A stretch of DNA of 64,000 nt, taken from the NCBI GenBank assembly GCA_016285085.1, contig JAEEQA010000005.1:3574-67573 (forward strand). Direction: 5' to 3'. Positions within the stretch are counted from its first letter, which is position 1, and each line of letters starts with the position of its first letter. Shown one piece after another: positions 42,124-62,100 of the stretch. The notes under the pieces are model-generated. The model did not search any database, had not been told where the DNA came from, and saw only the letters and a program-made list of their open reading frames with translations. Source of the stretch: Bacteroidales bacterium. Lineage in GTDB: Bacteria; Bacteroidota; Bacteroidia; Bacteroidales; WCHB1-69. The position numbers and the translations under genes are program-made.

Positions 42124-43986
42124 CTATTTCAACAGATTCTTTAAGGTTTCTTCATCTATTATTTCAAAAACCTTCTTTCCGGAAGGGGAAATAGTGGGCA
42201 TAAGGCAGCTGAAAAGCTGCTGCAAGAGACTGTCGGCTTCTTCCATGGTGGTGATGGGCTTGAGGAAGGAACGCCGCTGCCGCGCCATGCACAAGGCCAG
42301 GTTTTTCTCCGTTTCCAATGTGTGGTTCATGCGGTTGGAGCGGTAGTCATCGATGAGGTTTTCCACCAGTGTCTGTATGTCGGACACCTCCTCATTGACA
42401 GGTGTGCCGTTGACCGCAAAGTTGCCGCCGGACATCGGCTCGATGTCGTACCCGAGCCGGAACAGGTCGCCCTTTAGCTCGTTCAGGATTTCGGCCTGCG
42501 CCGCCGTCAGGGTGACGGTTTCCGGGAACAGCGACTGCTGTACCACGACGGGCGTTTCCTTCAATGCCGCGATGTAGCTCTCGTAGATAATGCGTTCGTG
42601 GGCACGATATAGGTTGATGAGTAGGAGTTGCCCCTTCGCCTTGACAATCAGATATTTCTTGTATATCGGGAGGAAGACTTCGGCGGAAATCGGCTCCTCG
42701 GCCGGTTCTTCGTCCGCAATTTTCATCTGCGAGGGCTGCGGTGCGGGTGAAGGGGCCACCTCTGTTTCCTTGATGTCCCTGAGGAAGCTGTCCCAGTCCT
42801 GGCTCATCCCGGAGGGCTGTTTCGGGGCGCTGTAGCCACTGCCTCCGCCAAACGTAACCTTGTGCGTGCTTCCGGTACTGCGGAACGGGTTGTAGTTCGG
42901 ATCCAGTGTCACCGTCGGCGGCTTGATGGGCATTCCGTCAGGCACATTGCCCGGATCCAGGTCCTTGTCGTAGTCGAAGTCCAGCTGCGGCACCAGCGAG
43001 AACTCGCCGATGGCCTTCTTGACGGCGGCGTTGAGGAAGCCAAAAACGAGCCGGTCGTCCTGCAGCTTCACCTCCACTTTCGTGGGGCTGATGTTGACAT
43101 CCACTGTGGCGGGGTTGATCTCGATGTAGACGAAATAGGGGGGATGGTGCCCCTCCGGAACTAACTGTGTATAGGCGCTTTCTATGGCGAAATTGAGGGA
43201 ACTGCTCTTCACGAAGCGGTGGTTGATGAATAGGTACTGTTCGCTCCGCTTCTTCTTGGCGTGTTCGGGTTTGCCGAGAAATCCGCCGATTTTCATAAAG
43301 TCGGTTTCCTGCTCAATGGGGAAGATGCGGTCGTTGAAGGCGGTGCCGAAAATGCCGGTAATCCGTTGCTTGAGGTTGCCTGCCGTCAGTTGGAGCACCA
43401 TCTTTCCGTTATGGTACAGCGTGAAGGCGATGTCGGGGTGGACGAGCACCACACGGTTGAATTCCTCCTCGATATTGGCGAACTCGGTCGCGTCGGATTT
43501 GAGGAAGTTGCGGCGGGCGGGCACATTGAAAAAGAGGTTGTTGACCGCGATGGAGGTGCCGGCCGGTGCAACGGTAAGGCCATGTTCCTTGATTTGGGAA
43601 CCCTCGATCACGACGCGGGTGGCGGTTTCGTCTTCCGCACGGCGGGTCTTGAGTTCCACCTGTGCAATGGCGGCGATGGAGGCCAATGCTTCGCCGCGGA
43701 AGCCCTTCGTCCGGATGGCGAAAAGGTCGTCGGCGCAGGAGATCTTGGAGGTGGCGTGCCGCTCGAAACAGAGCCGCGCGTCGTTGAACGACATTCCCTT
43801 GCCGTCGTCCACCACCTGGATGAGCGTACGGCCCGCATCCTTGATGATCAGCTGGATGTGGCGTGCACCGGCATCCACCGCATTCTCAAGGAGCTCCTTG
43901 ACGGCAGAGGCAGGACGCTGCACCACCTCGCCCGCCGCGATTTGGTTCGCGACAGCATCGGGTAACAGATGGATAATGTCGTTCAT
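42124..43986 (-). CDS. mutL: DNA mismatch repair endonuclease MutL
   Basis: ANQIAAGEVV, KELLENAVDAG, RHATSKI, GFRGEAL, VDVNISPTK and AHERI motifs. Confidence 0.97.
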   Translation of the reverse strand: MNDIIHLLPDAVANQIAAGEVVQRPASAVKELLENAVDAGARHIQLIIKDAGRTLIQVVDDGKGMSFNDARLCFERHATSKISCADDLFAIRTKGFRGEALASIAAIAQVELKTRRAEDETATRVVIEGSQIKEHGLTVAPAGTSIAVNNLFFNVPARRNFLKSDATEFANIEEEFNRVVLVHPDIAFTLYHNGKMVLQLTAGNLKQRITGIFGTAFNDRIFPIEQETDFMKIGGFLGKPEHAKKKRSEQYLFINHRFVKSSSLNFAIESAYTQLVPEGHHPPYFVYIEINPATVDVNISPTKVEVKLQDDRLVFGFLNAAVKKAIGEFSLVPQLDFDYDKDLDPGNVPDGMPIKPPTVTLDPNYNPFRSTGSTHKVTFGGGSGYSAPKQPSGMSQDWDSFLRDIKETEVAPSPAPQPSQMKIADEEPAEEPISAEVFLPIYKKYLIVKAKGQLLLINLYRAHERIIYESYIAALKETPVVVQQSLFPETVTLTAAQAEILNELKGDLFRLGYDIEPMSGGNFAVNGTPVNEEVSDIQTLVENLIDDYRSNRMNHTLETEKNLALCMARQRRSFLKPITTMEEADSLLQQLFSCLMPTISPSGKKVFEIIDEETLKNLLK

Positions 43987-44001
43987 GATATTACGGTTAA
44001 T

Positions 44002-44131
44002 AATTCCCCTTCTATGTAGAGGGGGTGGCCGTAGGCCGGGGTAGTAGAAAATTTTATTTTACAAGGTATTCTATATTTTTATACATCTACCCCGCACTTC
44101 GTGCACCCCTTCTTCAAAAAGAAGGGGAAAT
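44002..44131. repeat. Inverted pair of CCCCTTCT/AGAAGGGG repeats (copies 4 and 5), REPIN-like
   Basis: Copy 4 on plus at 44002-44050; copy 5 on minus at 44087-44131; AT-rich spacer between them. Confidence 0.85.
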
Positions 44132-44153
44132 AAGGCCGGGCAATAGAAACGGC

Positions 44154-44447
44154 CTACGCCAGTCCGCCGTCGCCTCCGATGGGCAGACGGGCCGTGGTGT
44201 TTGCGTTGATGGCCCCGTGGGTTTCCTCGAATTTGCGGATGTTGTCGGAAAGGGCAGCCAGCAGACGTTTGGCGTTCTGCGGGGTCATGATCACGCGGGA
44301 GCGGACGTTGCTTTTCTGCAAGCCGGGCAGCATGGCCACGAAGTCAAGGATGAATTCGTTGTCGGAGTGGGTGATGACGGCGAGGTTGGAGTAGATGCCC
44401 TGCGCCACTTCTTCGGTCAGGTTAAGGTCTAATTTTTGTTCTGGCAT
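44154..44447 (-). CDS. DUF3467-domain protein
   Basis: EEVAQGIYSNLAVITHS..EFILDF..RVIMTPQNAKRL; usual position downstream of rpoC. Confidence 0.9.
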   Translation of the reverse strand: MPEQKLDLNLTEEVAQGIYSNLAVITHSDNEFILDFVAMLPGLQKSNVRSRVIMTPQNAKRLLAALSDNIRKFEETHGAINANTTARLPIGGDGGLA

Positions 44448-44472
44448 GGATTCTTGTTTTAAAAAATGGGTG

Positions 44473-44503
44473 AAAAAAAAAGGGGATGTTTTCGCATCCC
44501 CTT
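44473..44503 (-). terminator. Intrinsic terminator after rpoC
   Basis: aaggggatg/catcccctt stem followed by a U-tract on the minus strand. Confidence 0.82.
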
Positions 44504-44509
44504 CATTTG

Positions 44510-48808
<4,299 letters not shown>

Positions 48809-48830
48809 AGTTCTATATCAAAAAATGTTA

Positions 48831-52643
<3,813 letters not shown>

Positions 52644-52753
52644 TAACTTTTTAAGGGTTGTTAAAAAAGCGTTTCGGTAAGTAGTGGAGTCACCGGAGGC
52701 ATGTAATAAGTAAAAAGGATAGGGGAGTTGGGGGAAGGTTAGGAGTGGATTAG

Positions 52754-52807
52754 AAAAAAATAGCAATAAGCACAAGGGTCCCGGCGGGACACCTTGCGCT
52801 TATTGCT
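52754..52807 (-). terminator. Terminator/attenuator between rplL and rpoB
   Basis: Long stem agcaataag..caagg..gtcc/ggac..ccttg..cttattgct with a U-tract on the minus strand. Confidence 0.78.
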
Positions 52808-52821
52808 TGACGCAAAATGAA

Positions 52822-53202
52822 TTATTTCACTTCGATTTCGGCGCCGGCTTCTTCGAGGGATTTCTTCAAGCCCTCAGCCTCATCTTTGGTAACGCCTTCC
52901 TTGACCGGTTTCGGGCAGGAGTCAACGAGTTCCTTAGCCTCTTTCAGTCCGAGGCCGGTGAGTTCCTTCACCAGTTTCACGACGGCCAGTTTGCTGGCGC
53001 CGGCGGATTTCAGGATAACGTCGAAGGAGGTCTTCTCTTCGGCGGCTTCGGCGGCACCACCAGCGGCGGGACCAGCGGCGACGGCCACTGCTGCGGCTGC
53101 GGGTTCGATACCGTACTCTTCCTTCAAAATTTGAGCCAGTTCGTTAACTTCCTTAACGGTCAAATTCACTAATTGTTCTGCGAATGCTTTCAGATCTGCC
53201 AT
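52822..53202 (-). CDS. rplL: 50S ribosomal protein L7/L12
   Basis: [11 protein letters not shown] and [12 protein letters not shown] motifs. Confidence 0.99.
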   Translation of the reverse strand: MADLKAFAEQLVNLTVKEVNELAQILKEEYGIEPAAAAVAVAAGPAAGGAAEAAEEKTSFDVILKSAGASKLAVVKLVKELTGLGLKEAKELVDSCPKPVKEGVTKDEAEGLKKSLEEAGAEIEVK

Positions 53203-53257
53203 GATTCTATTTTTTTAAATGGTTTTTACTAAATTGATTTTGTTTTTTTGATTTTTT

Positions 53258-53776
53258 TTATTCTCTCTCGGAGAGAGTTTTCACGATGCCGGCTAACTTG
53301 CCGCCGCCAGACTGAAGGGCGGAGATGACGTTCTTGGCCGGTGATTGCAACAGACCGACGATGTCGCCGATAAGTTCCTCTCTGGACTTGATGTTGCAAA
53401 GTGCATCTAATTGATCATCGCCGAAGTAGGTGGCACTCTCGATGAATGCGGCCTTGATGAGGGGCTTCTTGTTCTTCGCACGGAAATCCTTGATCAGTTT
53501 CGCCGGTGCGTTGCCCGTCGTGGACAGCATGATGGAGGTGACGCCTTTCAGGGCGGGATAGATCTCGGAATAGTCAACTTCGGACTGCTCCATGGCGCGT
53601 TTCAGCAGGGTGTTCTTCACAACCTTGAGCTTGATGTTGCGTTTGAAGCACTGTCTTCTCAGCTGGTTCACAGTCTCGACCGTGAATCCGGAGATATCCG
53701 TCACATACACATTCGGGTAATCAGCTAAATCCTTCGCAATCGCGTCAATAATAACACTTTTCTGTTCTTGTTTCAT
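53258..53776 (-). CDS. rplJ: 50S ribosomal protein L10
   Basis: VVKNTLL motif; operon position. Confidence 0.98.
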   Translation of the reverse strand: MKQEQKSVIIDAIAKDLADYPNVYVTDISGFTVETVNQLRRQCFKRNIKLKVVKNTLLKRAMEQSEVDYSEIYPALKGVTSIMLSTTGNAPAKLIKDFRAKNKKPLIKAAFIESATYFGDDQLDALCNIKSREELIGDIVGLLQSPAKNVISALQSGGGKLAGIVKTLSERE

Positions 53777-53796
53777 AGTAATTTAGCTTTTTAAAA

Positions 53797-54492
53797 TTAG
53801 ATGGTTACCGATTTCACATCGACTTGCACGCCGGGGCTCATCGTCGAGGAGATGTAGATGCTCTTGATGTAGGTACCCTTGGCGGCGGTCGGTTTCAGCT
53901 TGATGATGGTGGCCATCATTTCGCGGGCGTTGTCCACGAGCTTTTCGGCGGGGAAGTTAATCTTGCCGATGCCGGTGTGGATGATACCGTACTTGTCCAC
54001 CTTGAAGTCGATCTTACCGGCCTTCACTTCAGCGACGGCCTTGCCGATCTCCATGGTGACGGTGCCAGCTTTCGGGTTCGGCATCAGTCCGCGGGGACCG
54101 AGGATCTTACCCAGGGCACCAATCTTCGGCATCACGCTCGGCATGGTGATGATGACGTCGACGTCGGTCCAGCCTTTCTTGATCTTGTCGACGTATTCCT
54201 CCAAGCCTACATAATCAGCGCCGGCTGCCTTTGCCTCTTCCTCCTTGTCGGGGGTGCAGAGGACCAGGACGCGCACTACCTTACCTGTGCCGTGCGGGAG
54301 GGTCACAATACCTCTCACCATCTGGTTGGCCTTGCGGGGGTCAACACCCAGACGGACGTCAATATCGAAGGATGCATCGAACTTGGTGTAGGTGATGCCT
54401 TTTACGATATTTACGGCTTCAGCGAGCGGGTAGGCCTGGTTCTTATCAAACTTGGCAAGCGCTTCTTTGCGTTTCTTTGATATTTTAGCCAT
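53797..54492 (-). CDS. rplA: 50S ribosomal protein L1
   Basis: LPHGTGK and [11 protein letters not shown] motifs. Confidence 0.99.
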   Translation of the reverse strand: MAKISKKRKEALAKFDKNQAYPLAEAVNIVKGITYTKFDASFDIDVRLGVDPRKANQMVRGIVTLPHGTGKVVRVLVLCTPDKEEEAKAAGADYVGLEEYVDKIKKGWTDVDVIITMPSVMPKIGALGKILGPRGLMPNPKAGTVTMEIGKAVAEVKAGKIDFKVDKYGIIHTGIGKINFPAEKLVDNAREMMATIIKLKPTAAKGTYIKSIYISSTMSPGVQVDVKSVTI

Positions 54493-54512
54493 GGTTCTGT
54501 TTTTTTAATTGA

Positions 54513-54962
54513 TTAATTGTTTTCAAACGGGTTGGTGCCGCCTTTGACGACGATACCCATGCTGCGTGCCGTACCGGCCACCATGGACATGGCGGACTCG
54601 GTGGTGAAGCAGTTGAGGTCGGGCATCTTCACTTCGGCGATTTCCCTCACCTGGTCCCACGAGATGGTGGCAACCTTGTCGCGGTTCGGTTCCTTCGAAC
54701 CCTTTTGAACTTTCGTCGCTTCCAGCAACTGTACGGCGACCGGAGGAGTCTTGATGATGAAGTCGAACGACTTGTCCTTGTAAACAGTGATGATGACGGG
54801 CACAACCTTGCCAGCCTTGTCCTGCGTACGGGCGTTGAACTGCTTACAGAACTCCATGATGTTGACGCCCTTCGAACCCAGTGCGGGGCCTACCGGCGGC
54901 GATGGATTAGCGGCACCTCCTTTGATTTGTAACTTAATAAGTCCAGCTACTTCTTTTGCCAT
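54513..54962 (-). CDS. rplK: 50S ribosomal protein L11
   Basis: [12 protein letters not shown] and GTARSMG motifs. Confidence 0.99.
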   Translation of the reverse strand: MAKEVAGLIKLQIKGGAANPSPPVGPALGSKGVNIMEFCKQFNARTQDKAGKVVPVIITVYKDKSFDFIIKTPPVAVQLLEATKVQKGSKEPNRDKVATISWDQVREIAEVKMPDLNCFTTESAMSMVAGTARSMGIVVKGGTNPFENN

Positions 54963-55009
54963 TTTCTGTGTAGATTAATAAATTGATTGATAATTGTTTG
55001 CGCTGCACA

Positions 55010-55561
55010 TTATACCTTTTCAACCTGCATGAAACCCAGCTCAAGCGGGGTCTTCCGCCCGAAGATTTTCACCGTAACCTTCAGTTTCTTCTTCTCCGCG
55101 TTGATCTCCTCGATCACCCCGGTGAAGGAGTTGAAAGGCCCGTCAGTCACCTTGATTTCCTCGCCGACGATGAAGGGGATCACGAGCGACTCGTCTTGAC
55201 TCATCCTCGTATCCTCGTCACCGAGCATGCGCTGAACCTCGTCAGCATGGAGCGGAGGCGGCGTGTCGGTCTTGTGCTTGCAGCCAACGAACCCCAGCAC
55301 GCCCGGAATGCTCAGCAGCAGGTGCATCACCTTGTCCAGCCCGGCCGCCTCCACGAAGAGGTAGCCCGGATAGAGGGTGTTCTCCTTGCTCACTTTCTTT
55401 CCGTTGCGGATCTGGTAAACCTTCTCGGTCGGGATCAGGATGCGTGTCACAAACTCGCCAAGATGGGAAGCCTCAACCTCGTTCTCGATGTTCTGCTTCA
55501 CCTTCTTCTCGGTGCTCGACGCAACCCTGAGCGCATACCATTTCTTTTCAATCTCTGCCAT
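55010..55561 (-). CDS. nusG: Transcription termination/antitermination factor NusG
   Basis: WYALR and YPGYLFV motifs; KOW GPFNSFTG; IFGRKTP. Confidence 0.97.
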   Translation of the reverse strand: MAEIEKKWYALRVASSTEKKVKQNIENEVEASHLGEFVTRILIPTEKVYQIRNGKKVSKENTLYPGYLFVEAAGLDKVMHLLLSIPGVLGFVGCKHKTDTPPPLHADEVQRMLGDEDTRMSQDESLVIPFIVGEEIKVTDGPFNSFTGVIEEINAEKKKLKVTVKIFGRKTPLELGFMQVEKV

Positions 55562-55608
55562 ACTGCGATAGGTTTTGACTAATGTACAACTGATTACTCA
55601 AGAAACTA

Positions 55609-55806
55609 CTAAAGTTTCGGCATCGGGAACAATGAGGTCATCCCCAAGTTGAAGATCCAGTCCATCAAACACACCACTAACGCGATGATAAGGGAAGCAA
55701 TGGACACGACCACAACACTACTTTGCAGATCCTTTGCCGACGGCCAGGTCACCTTGTTCGCCAGCTCGTCGTACGTCTCCTTAAAATAATTGACTATCTT
55801 TTTCAT
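55609..55806 (-). CDS. secE: Preprotein translocase subunit SecE
   Basis: ELANKVTWPS plus a single TM helix; upstream of nusG. Confidence 0.95.
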   Translation of the reverse strand: MKKIVNYFKETYDELANKVTWPSAKDLQSSVVVVSIASLIIALVVCLMDWIFNLGMTSLFPMPKL

Positions 55807-56015
55807 TTCTGAATAATTTTCGGTGTTATATACTTTTCTCTTTTACTTCAACACTTTCGTTTTGGAAATTTTCGGAGTTTTTTCTGCCATTCTCACGCAA
55901 ATAATTATAAACAACAAGAATGTTGATTACTTTTAAAACGTATTGTAACTCAACACATTATTGCCTATAAAAAATCATACCCCCCGCCGCTTTCTCCTAT
56001 TATCCAATAAGCCTG

Positions 56016-56023
56016 CAAATATA
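56016..56023 (-). promoter_or_regulatory. Probable -7 box of the secE-nusG promoter
   Basis: TATATTTG followed by CA on the minus strand, about 210 nt upstream of secE. Confidence 0.55.
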
Positions 56024-56196
56024 CAACTATTTTTATTCCACCGACAATGTTGAAAATTTTATTGAAAAATTTTTTTCGGAGCGGATTTTGGCACGGTTTG
56101 GGTCATTTTCCTTGACTTTTATGCAACAAAGTACATGCAAAGTATTCTCTCGTGTGGGAAAAGGCAACAAGTGCAAAAATAGAAGGACTCTTCATT

Positions 56197-59100
56197 TTAC
56201 TCCCCGCAGTAATTTTTGACACATCGGATGCTCAACCCGTAGTTTTTCTGCTGCGGGTCGGTTTCCATATCGCAGAACGCGGGCATGACGACGGACGTGG
56301 ATGCGGGGTTGCGGGTGATGTCCACAGCCCAGAAGGCGGCGCTGGTCATCAGGCTCTCGTAGCGGCCAAGGGCGGCATTATAGATGCCTCCGCCCCGGGC
56401 GTTGAACCCGGAGTTGGGAGTCGCGCCTTCTGTGTCCGGAACCCAGAAGCGGGTGTCGGCCTCCTTGACTAGGGCCAGCCTTTCGCCGGCGTTGAAATAG
56501 AGTATCTCGAAGTCTTCAACGGTGGGCACGCCCCAACCCTCGGGGCAGATGCCCTGCACGAAAGTCCGTGCACCGTCGGTCGAGAGCAGCGGCACGGCAA
56601 GGTCGTCGTTCTCAGGCACGCGGGCGGCGGAATACCAGCTGTAGAGGTATCCGTACAGGTCGCGGAGCGAGTCGCTGCCGTTGTAGGAGCTGTAACTGGC
56701 GACGGGGGTTCCGTCGGAGTAGAAGGCACTGCGGATGTTGGTCTGCGTCCAGCACTGGCATCCGATGCGGATGGCGGGATAGACGTTGCCTTCAAAATCG
56801 ACGGCGTCGTTGCAAGGGGGCAGCACTCTCACGCACTGCGTGCAGGTGACGGTGTCGCCGCACTCGTTGACGGCCGACCACGTGACGGTGTGGTCGCCGA
56901 GCGGGTACCTGCCGTCCGAAGGGGCGTTGTTGAAGAGGGTGTCCGGCGTGAACGAGGTTGTCGGTATGCCGAGTTCGGAGGCGGTGATGAGGACGTGGGT
57001 TTCGCCGTCCGCCAGCCCGCGCACCACGGTGTCGGGGCAGGAAAGCCCGGTGGAGGGGGCGGTAACGGTGAGCAGCAGGCGGACGACGCTGTCGCAGCCG
57101 TTGGCAGCGGTGAACACGGAGTCGATTACATACTCTCCGGGCACGGAAATGTCGATGTTGTTGAACCCTTCGTAGGAGAGGAGGACGGTGTCGGGGCAGG
57201 TGCTGTACACGAACAGCGTGGTGTCCAAAGCAGGCTGTACGTACACGGAGGCTTTCGCCGGTGTGAGGTTGGCTTCAACATCGGTCGTAATGCTTCCGCT
57301 CCATCCGTCCCTTCGATAGTAAGTTCCAGAATTGAAATACACATGCAATTTACCCGATGTGGAGGTGAATGTACGGGGCGCGGTGAAACCTTGGCTAAAG
57401 TAACCCAGCGAACGAGCACGCCAACTATCACCGTCATAGACAGCGAATGTGCCAATCCCGGTGTAGACATTGAGATAATCCATGGTCAGCACCACCTGCG
57501 CTCCCTCTTCTGCCACAAAAGTGTGATGATAGGTTTTATAGGCGGTATACACACCGTCAGGTCCGCCGTCGTCATAAAACGGAATGGAGTCCATATACGC
57601 CACGATGGTGGTTTGGTCGTTTTTTGAGTCGTTGAGAAGGAAATCTCCGGTCACGTTCTTGCGGAAAGCCTCCTTCCGGTAGGGGCAGGTCGTCCGGTTT
57701 GAAACGGAAACATAGAGTGTGGTGTCCGTTGTCAGGCTGGCAAAATTCAGAAGGGATATGTTTCCCGAGGATACGGTGTCGCAAAGAAGCACGCTGTCAA
57801 GCGAGGCGTTCCACCACTCGTAATACTGCGGGAGTTCAATGTCCGAAGAGGCAGAGATGGTGGCAGATTTCCCGAAGCAGATGGAGTCGTTGGTGGTGGT
57901 CACAAGAGGCAGATACGGCATCGTATATACCACTTTGACGGGTGTGGTCTCAGGAAGGCAGTTGCTGTCATTGTCCACCTTCACATAATAAGTGAAGGTG
58001 TTCAAAACATTAGGCAGGGAGAGCCGTGCCATCTCCGCTGCTGTATGAAGTGTGTCCGACTGAATGAGATGGTTGTGGGTGTCGTCGTACCAATTGAAAT
58101 ATTGTGGGAAGGATATTCCTGCGATGGGGTTTGCCGACAGGGTTGCCGTCTGCATATAGCAGACGGTGTCGGGAATAACGGTCGGTTGCGCGTAGGAGTA
58201 AGGGAAAGAGAAGAATTGTGCCGTGTCCTCGTCTGCCTGCCGTGGGTTTCCGTTCCAGTCCCAGTCGCCATAGACCACATCCGTTGCGGCATCCCCATAC
58301 AGGCACGACCAGATCTGTGCTTTGGGAATGTAGGTGGTGTATGATGTAGGTAGCGAGGAAAGTTTCATATTGAAGGGGAAGGTGACGCTGTCGCCGGGAG
58401 CGATATTGCTGATGTTGTATATGCCGCGATAGGTGTCATTGAAGGCACAGTTCTGCGGAAGCCGCAATCGGACAGACACTTCGCTTGCGGCTCCGGTGCC
58501 AGCGTTGCGGACAGTGAGCTTGCCAGTATAGATTTCGCTGCAGTGTTGGGGCGGATCCATTTCAAGTGTCAGCGAGAGACGTATGTCGGAAACGGGAATG
58601 TAGTAGTATGCGGTATCTTTCTCATTGCAAGCGTCGGGCGAACGGTCGGCAACGGCCACGCGTACATACAAGCTTTCTGTGAGAGGATCGAGCCGGAGTT
58701 CGGAGGTGTCGGTGGCTTCCGTGAGTGCAGGAATCCAGTTCGTTTCATCGGTGGATGTTTCCCATGTGTATTGATAGAGGACACCCCGCCCGCCCGAAGC
58801 GGCGGCCTGCAGGGTGACATCCCCGTTGTAGCGGAAAGGTGCAGGAGTGAGGGAAGTAATTGCCACTTTAACACTGTCCAATGCCTTTGCTATCGCATTG
58901 ACTGTTTCAAAGTCACTTCCGATTTGCGCGTCCCATCCCGCTGAAGTACTATATAGATTGGAGAGGAACCACAGGGTCATGCTGCTCCCGTTGGATACGA
59001 TGGGCGCGGGCAGACGGGTGTTCAGATTTCCCGTCAGTTCGGCAATCAGTGAGTCGGGATGAGTGGTGTCGCCTGAATAGACCAGCAGCTTGTCAGGAGA

Positions 59101-62100
59101 TTCTACTGAAAAACTACTGAATATCAATGTAATAGGAGTGTTATCTGTGGAAAAGAAGGTATGTTTGACACTCTCATTGTTGCGATATTCACCCTCGTTG
59201 CCGCCAGAGTCGCGGAACAATATCGATTTGCCGCATTCAATCGAAGTGTTTCCGGCTGCCATGTTCATTTGCGAGAAAATGGTCTGGGGATGGGATTCGC
59301 AGTATTCACTGTTCTCGGCGGTGACATAAACTGCAGTGTCTTCTGTAAGGCCGAAGAAATGGAAGTCTGCATAATCGGTGGCTGACGAGATGATATCCGA
59401 CCGCAATAACTGTTGGTGATTATTGTCTCTGTACCAGTGCAATGTATAAGGAGGTGTCAGGGAGGAGCGGGCATGGACGGTCGCGTCATCCCCTTGGCAG
59501 ACAGTGTCGTGAAGGGCGGAAACCATACAAGAGGAGGCATACCTTGTGCGCAGTGTAATATGCACCGTGTCTTCCGGGATGGTATAGGTGCAGTTGTCGT
59601 CCTGCACACTATGGACCCAGAAGATTCCTTCAGAGTAGGGAACGTAGGAGTGTCCGCTGCTGTTGGTATAGTTCTGGAAGGTGGTTCCCGAAGGCTGCTG
59701 GTGTCCGATGGTGTAGTGTACATCCCCGACCCCGCTGGACGTGTAGGTGAGCGATACTGTGTCGCCGGGGCATATTATGGCATCATCGGCGATATGCACG
59801 GACGGAGCGGGTTTGACTTGGATCGAAATGCTGTCTTCGACGATACCGCACCCTGTGCCTGAAAACTGCACCTTGTAGGTGCCGCCGGATGCGCCCCTCT
59901 GCAAAAACAAGGAGGTGTCGCGTGCCGCGCTGGCAAAGCCGTCAGGCCCTTCCCACCGATAGATCACGTCATCCCCGAAATTCAGGGAATTCAGGTGGAC
60001 AAGAGTGCCTTCACATTCTTCAGATGCATACACCCCTCCACCAAGCCAGCACTTGTGTAGGTTCTCCAAGTCATGGACAGTAGTGTTGACATGGAAACTG
60101 GCGAGGCACTGGTCAATGCTCTCCACGCTTACCACCTGGCCGCTGCGGACGGGCACGTTGTCGAACCGTCCGGTCTGGTTGGAAGCGAGCAGGGTGCCTG
60201 TCTTGTCGGGACCGGAATAGAGGTTGTAGGTGTAGGGGGCGGTTCCGTTGATACTCTTGACACGCACGAAACCCTCGGTCGATGCTGCATTGCAGGTATA
60301 GGCGATGTCGTATTCGTGTTCAACGGTTCCGCCGGAAAAGTAGATAGTATCGTCTATGTGGTAAGAGTCACTCGACGGGCACTCATCGGCATACATCCTT
60401 ACCACATAGGTTCCAGGACGAGTCAAGGTAACAATATTATGCGCAAAAAAGCGACCTGAAGGATATCCTCCTGGAGGTCCTGAAACGATTTTGTACAGTG
60501 CCCCATACCGACTAATATAGTCAACAGAGTCCCTGTGTACGTTTTCGGTGCCATTAAACAGGACGGGCTCGCGGATGATGAATTCACCCGAAAGGGGGCG
60601 GAGAATCAGTTCACTGCATTGGTTAGTCAGTTCATAGCTGGGCATTTCCGACGGGATTATACGGATACCATAATCGTTAAGATAACGGAATGTGTCCACT
60701 ACAGACTCTGTGCAGCCAGGGAAGGAGCTGCGGAACACATAGAAGCCTGAAGGAAGTCCGTAGTCTCTGAGTATAATTGTACGGTTTGAAAGGTTGGTTA
60801 TAATCTCGGAAAGGCACTCCGGATGCTCCTTTGCAATGGTCCAGCTTCGTGCAGCGTGGCTGTATTGTGCCGTGAAATTGTAAAAATTGTCATACGGACT
60901 CTCAATCAGTTCTAACATATAACCGTCGTTATATTGCATAGGAACTGTAATTATGGGATCTATCGTCATAGCTTTGATGGAATTATAGCAAGAATATCGC
61001 ATCCCTGCATAAACAGGACTGAATTTCATAGCTCCCCTCGCCGACATCTCTCCTCCGGTTGTCGTAATCCTTTGGTTGAAATCAAAACGAATGCTGTCGC
61101 GTGCCACGGGGCAGTTCTTGCTATCCACAAGCTGAAAGTAGAGGTACGGGGTCATATTCTCTGCAGTATCAAGGAATGCCAGTGCTTCTTCGCGGGTGAC
61201 TATCAAAGGATAATATTCACGGGTACTGATCCTTTTATCATAGTAGGTCCCCGTTTTAACGGTGTCCCCGTCAGCGGTTGTACATAGCCAGCTGAGGGCG
61301 CCTGTGTAATATTCTCTGCGGTAAGAACTGGCACCAGCGGTGCAACTGTTGGACGGTGCAACGATATGTGTCAAACCATTGGTTGTACCGGCACGTACCG
61401 CCTGCATGCTCACATAGGATACCGTTCCCGCAGCTTTTTCAATAAAGCAGTCTTGATAACTGTCAACAGCAATGGTGGAATCTGTTCCGTAAACATCTTC
61501 TTTCATTTGGCGCAGAGACTCTATGTTGTTCTGGAATGAATGGGTCATCTGGTGGGTGTATCCATTGCATCCGACCGTTCTTGTCTCTAATGTTATTGTA
61601 CCTCTGAGGTCGCAATAGCTGCGCGCACGCCATACGGTGTCGTACACATCACACGACACAGTTTGAATGTGTTGGCTGTATGTGTAGCGATCTCTATAAC
61701 GATATGGCCCGCCGGGGTGCTTCCATTCCGTGGTGTCGACAACACCGTCGATTTCAGGATAGATGAAGCGGTATTCTATATTTTGCGGAATACGGGTTGA
61801 ATAAAACCCGGGGTCAGCATAGATTTCCAGATATATCCTGATCACGTTTGAATCTGCACTGTTGCCCGTATAGTTGTACCAGCACACTTTTTCCACATAG
61901 GGATAATCAACGGTAGTGATACGCCCATTGACTATAGGCATTACATAACCGCAGCCGTCCGACACAATGAAAGAGTACTGGCCTGCACCTAACCCGTCAA
62001 TGGAATAGTAGTCCTTATAGTCATATCTCTGTTCATTACTTCCTGTGTACATCCTTTCTGTGAATACCACCGTGTCGATGGGATTCAACCCCGCATCGCA

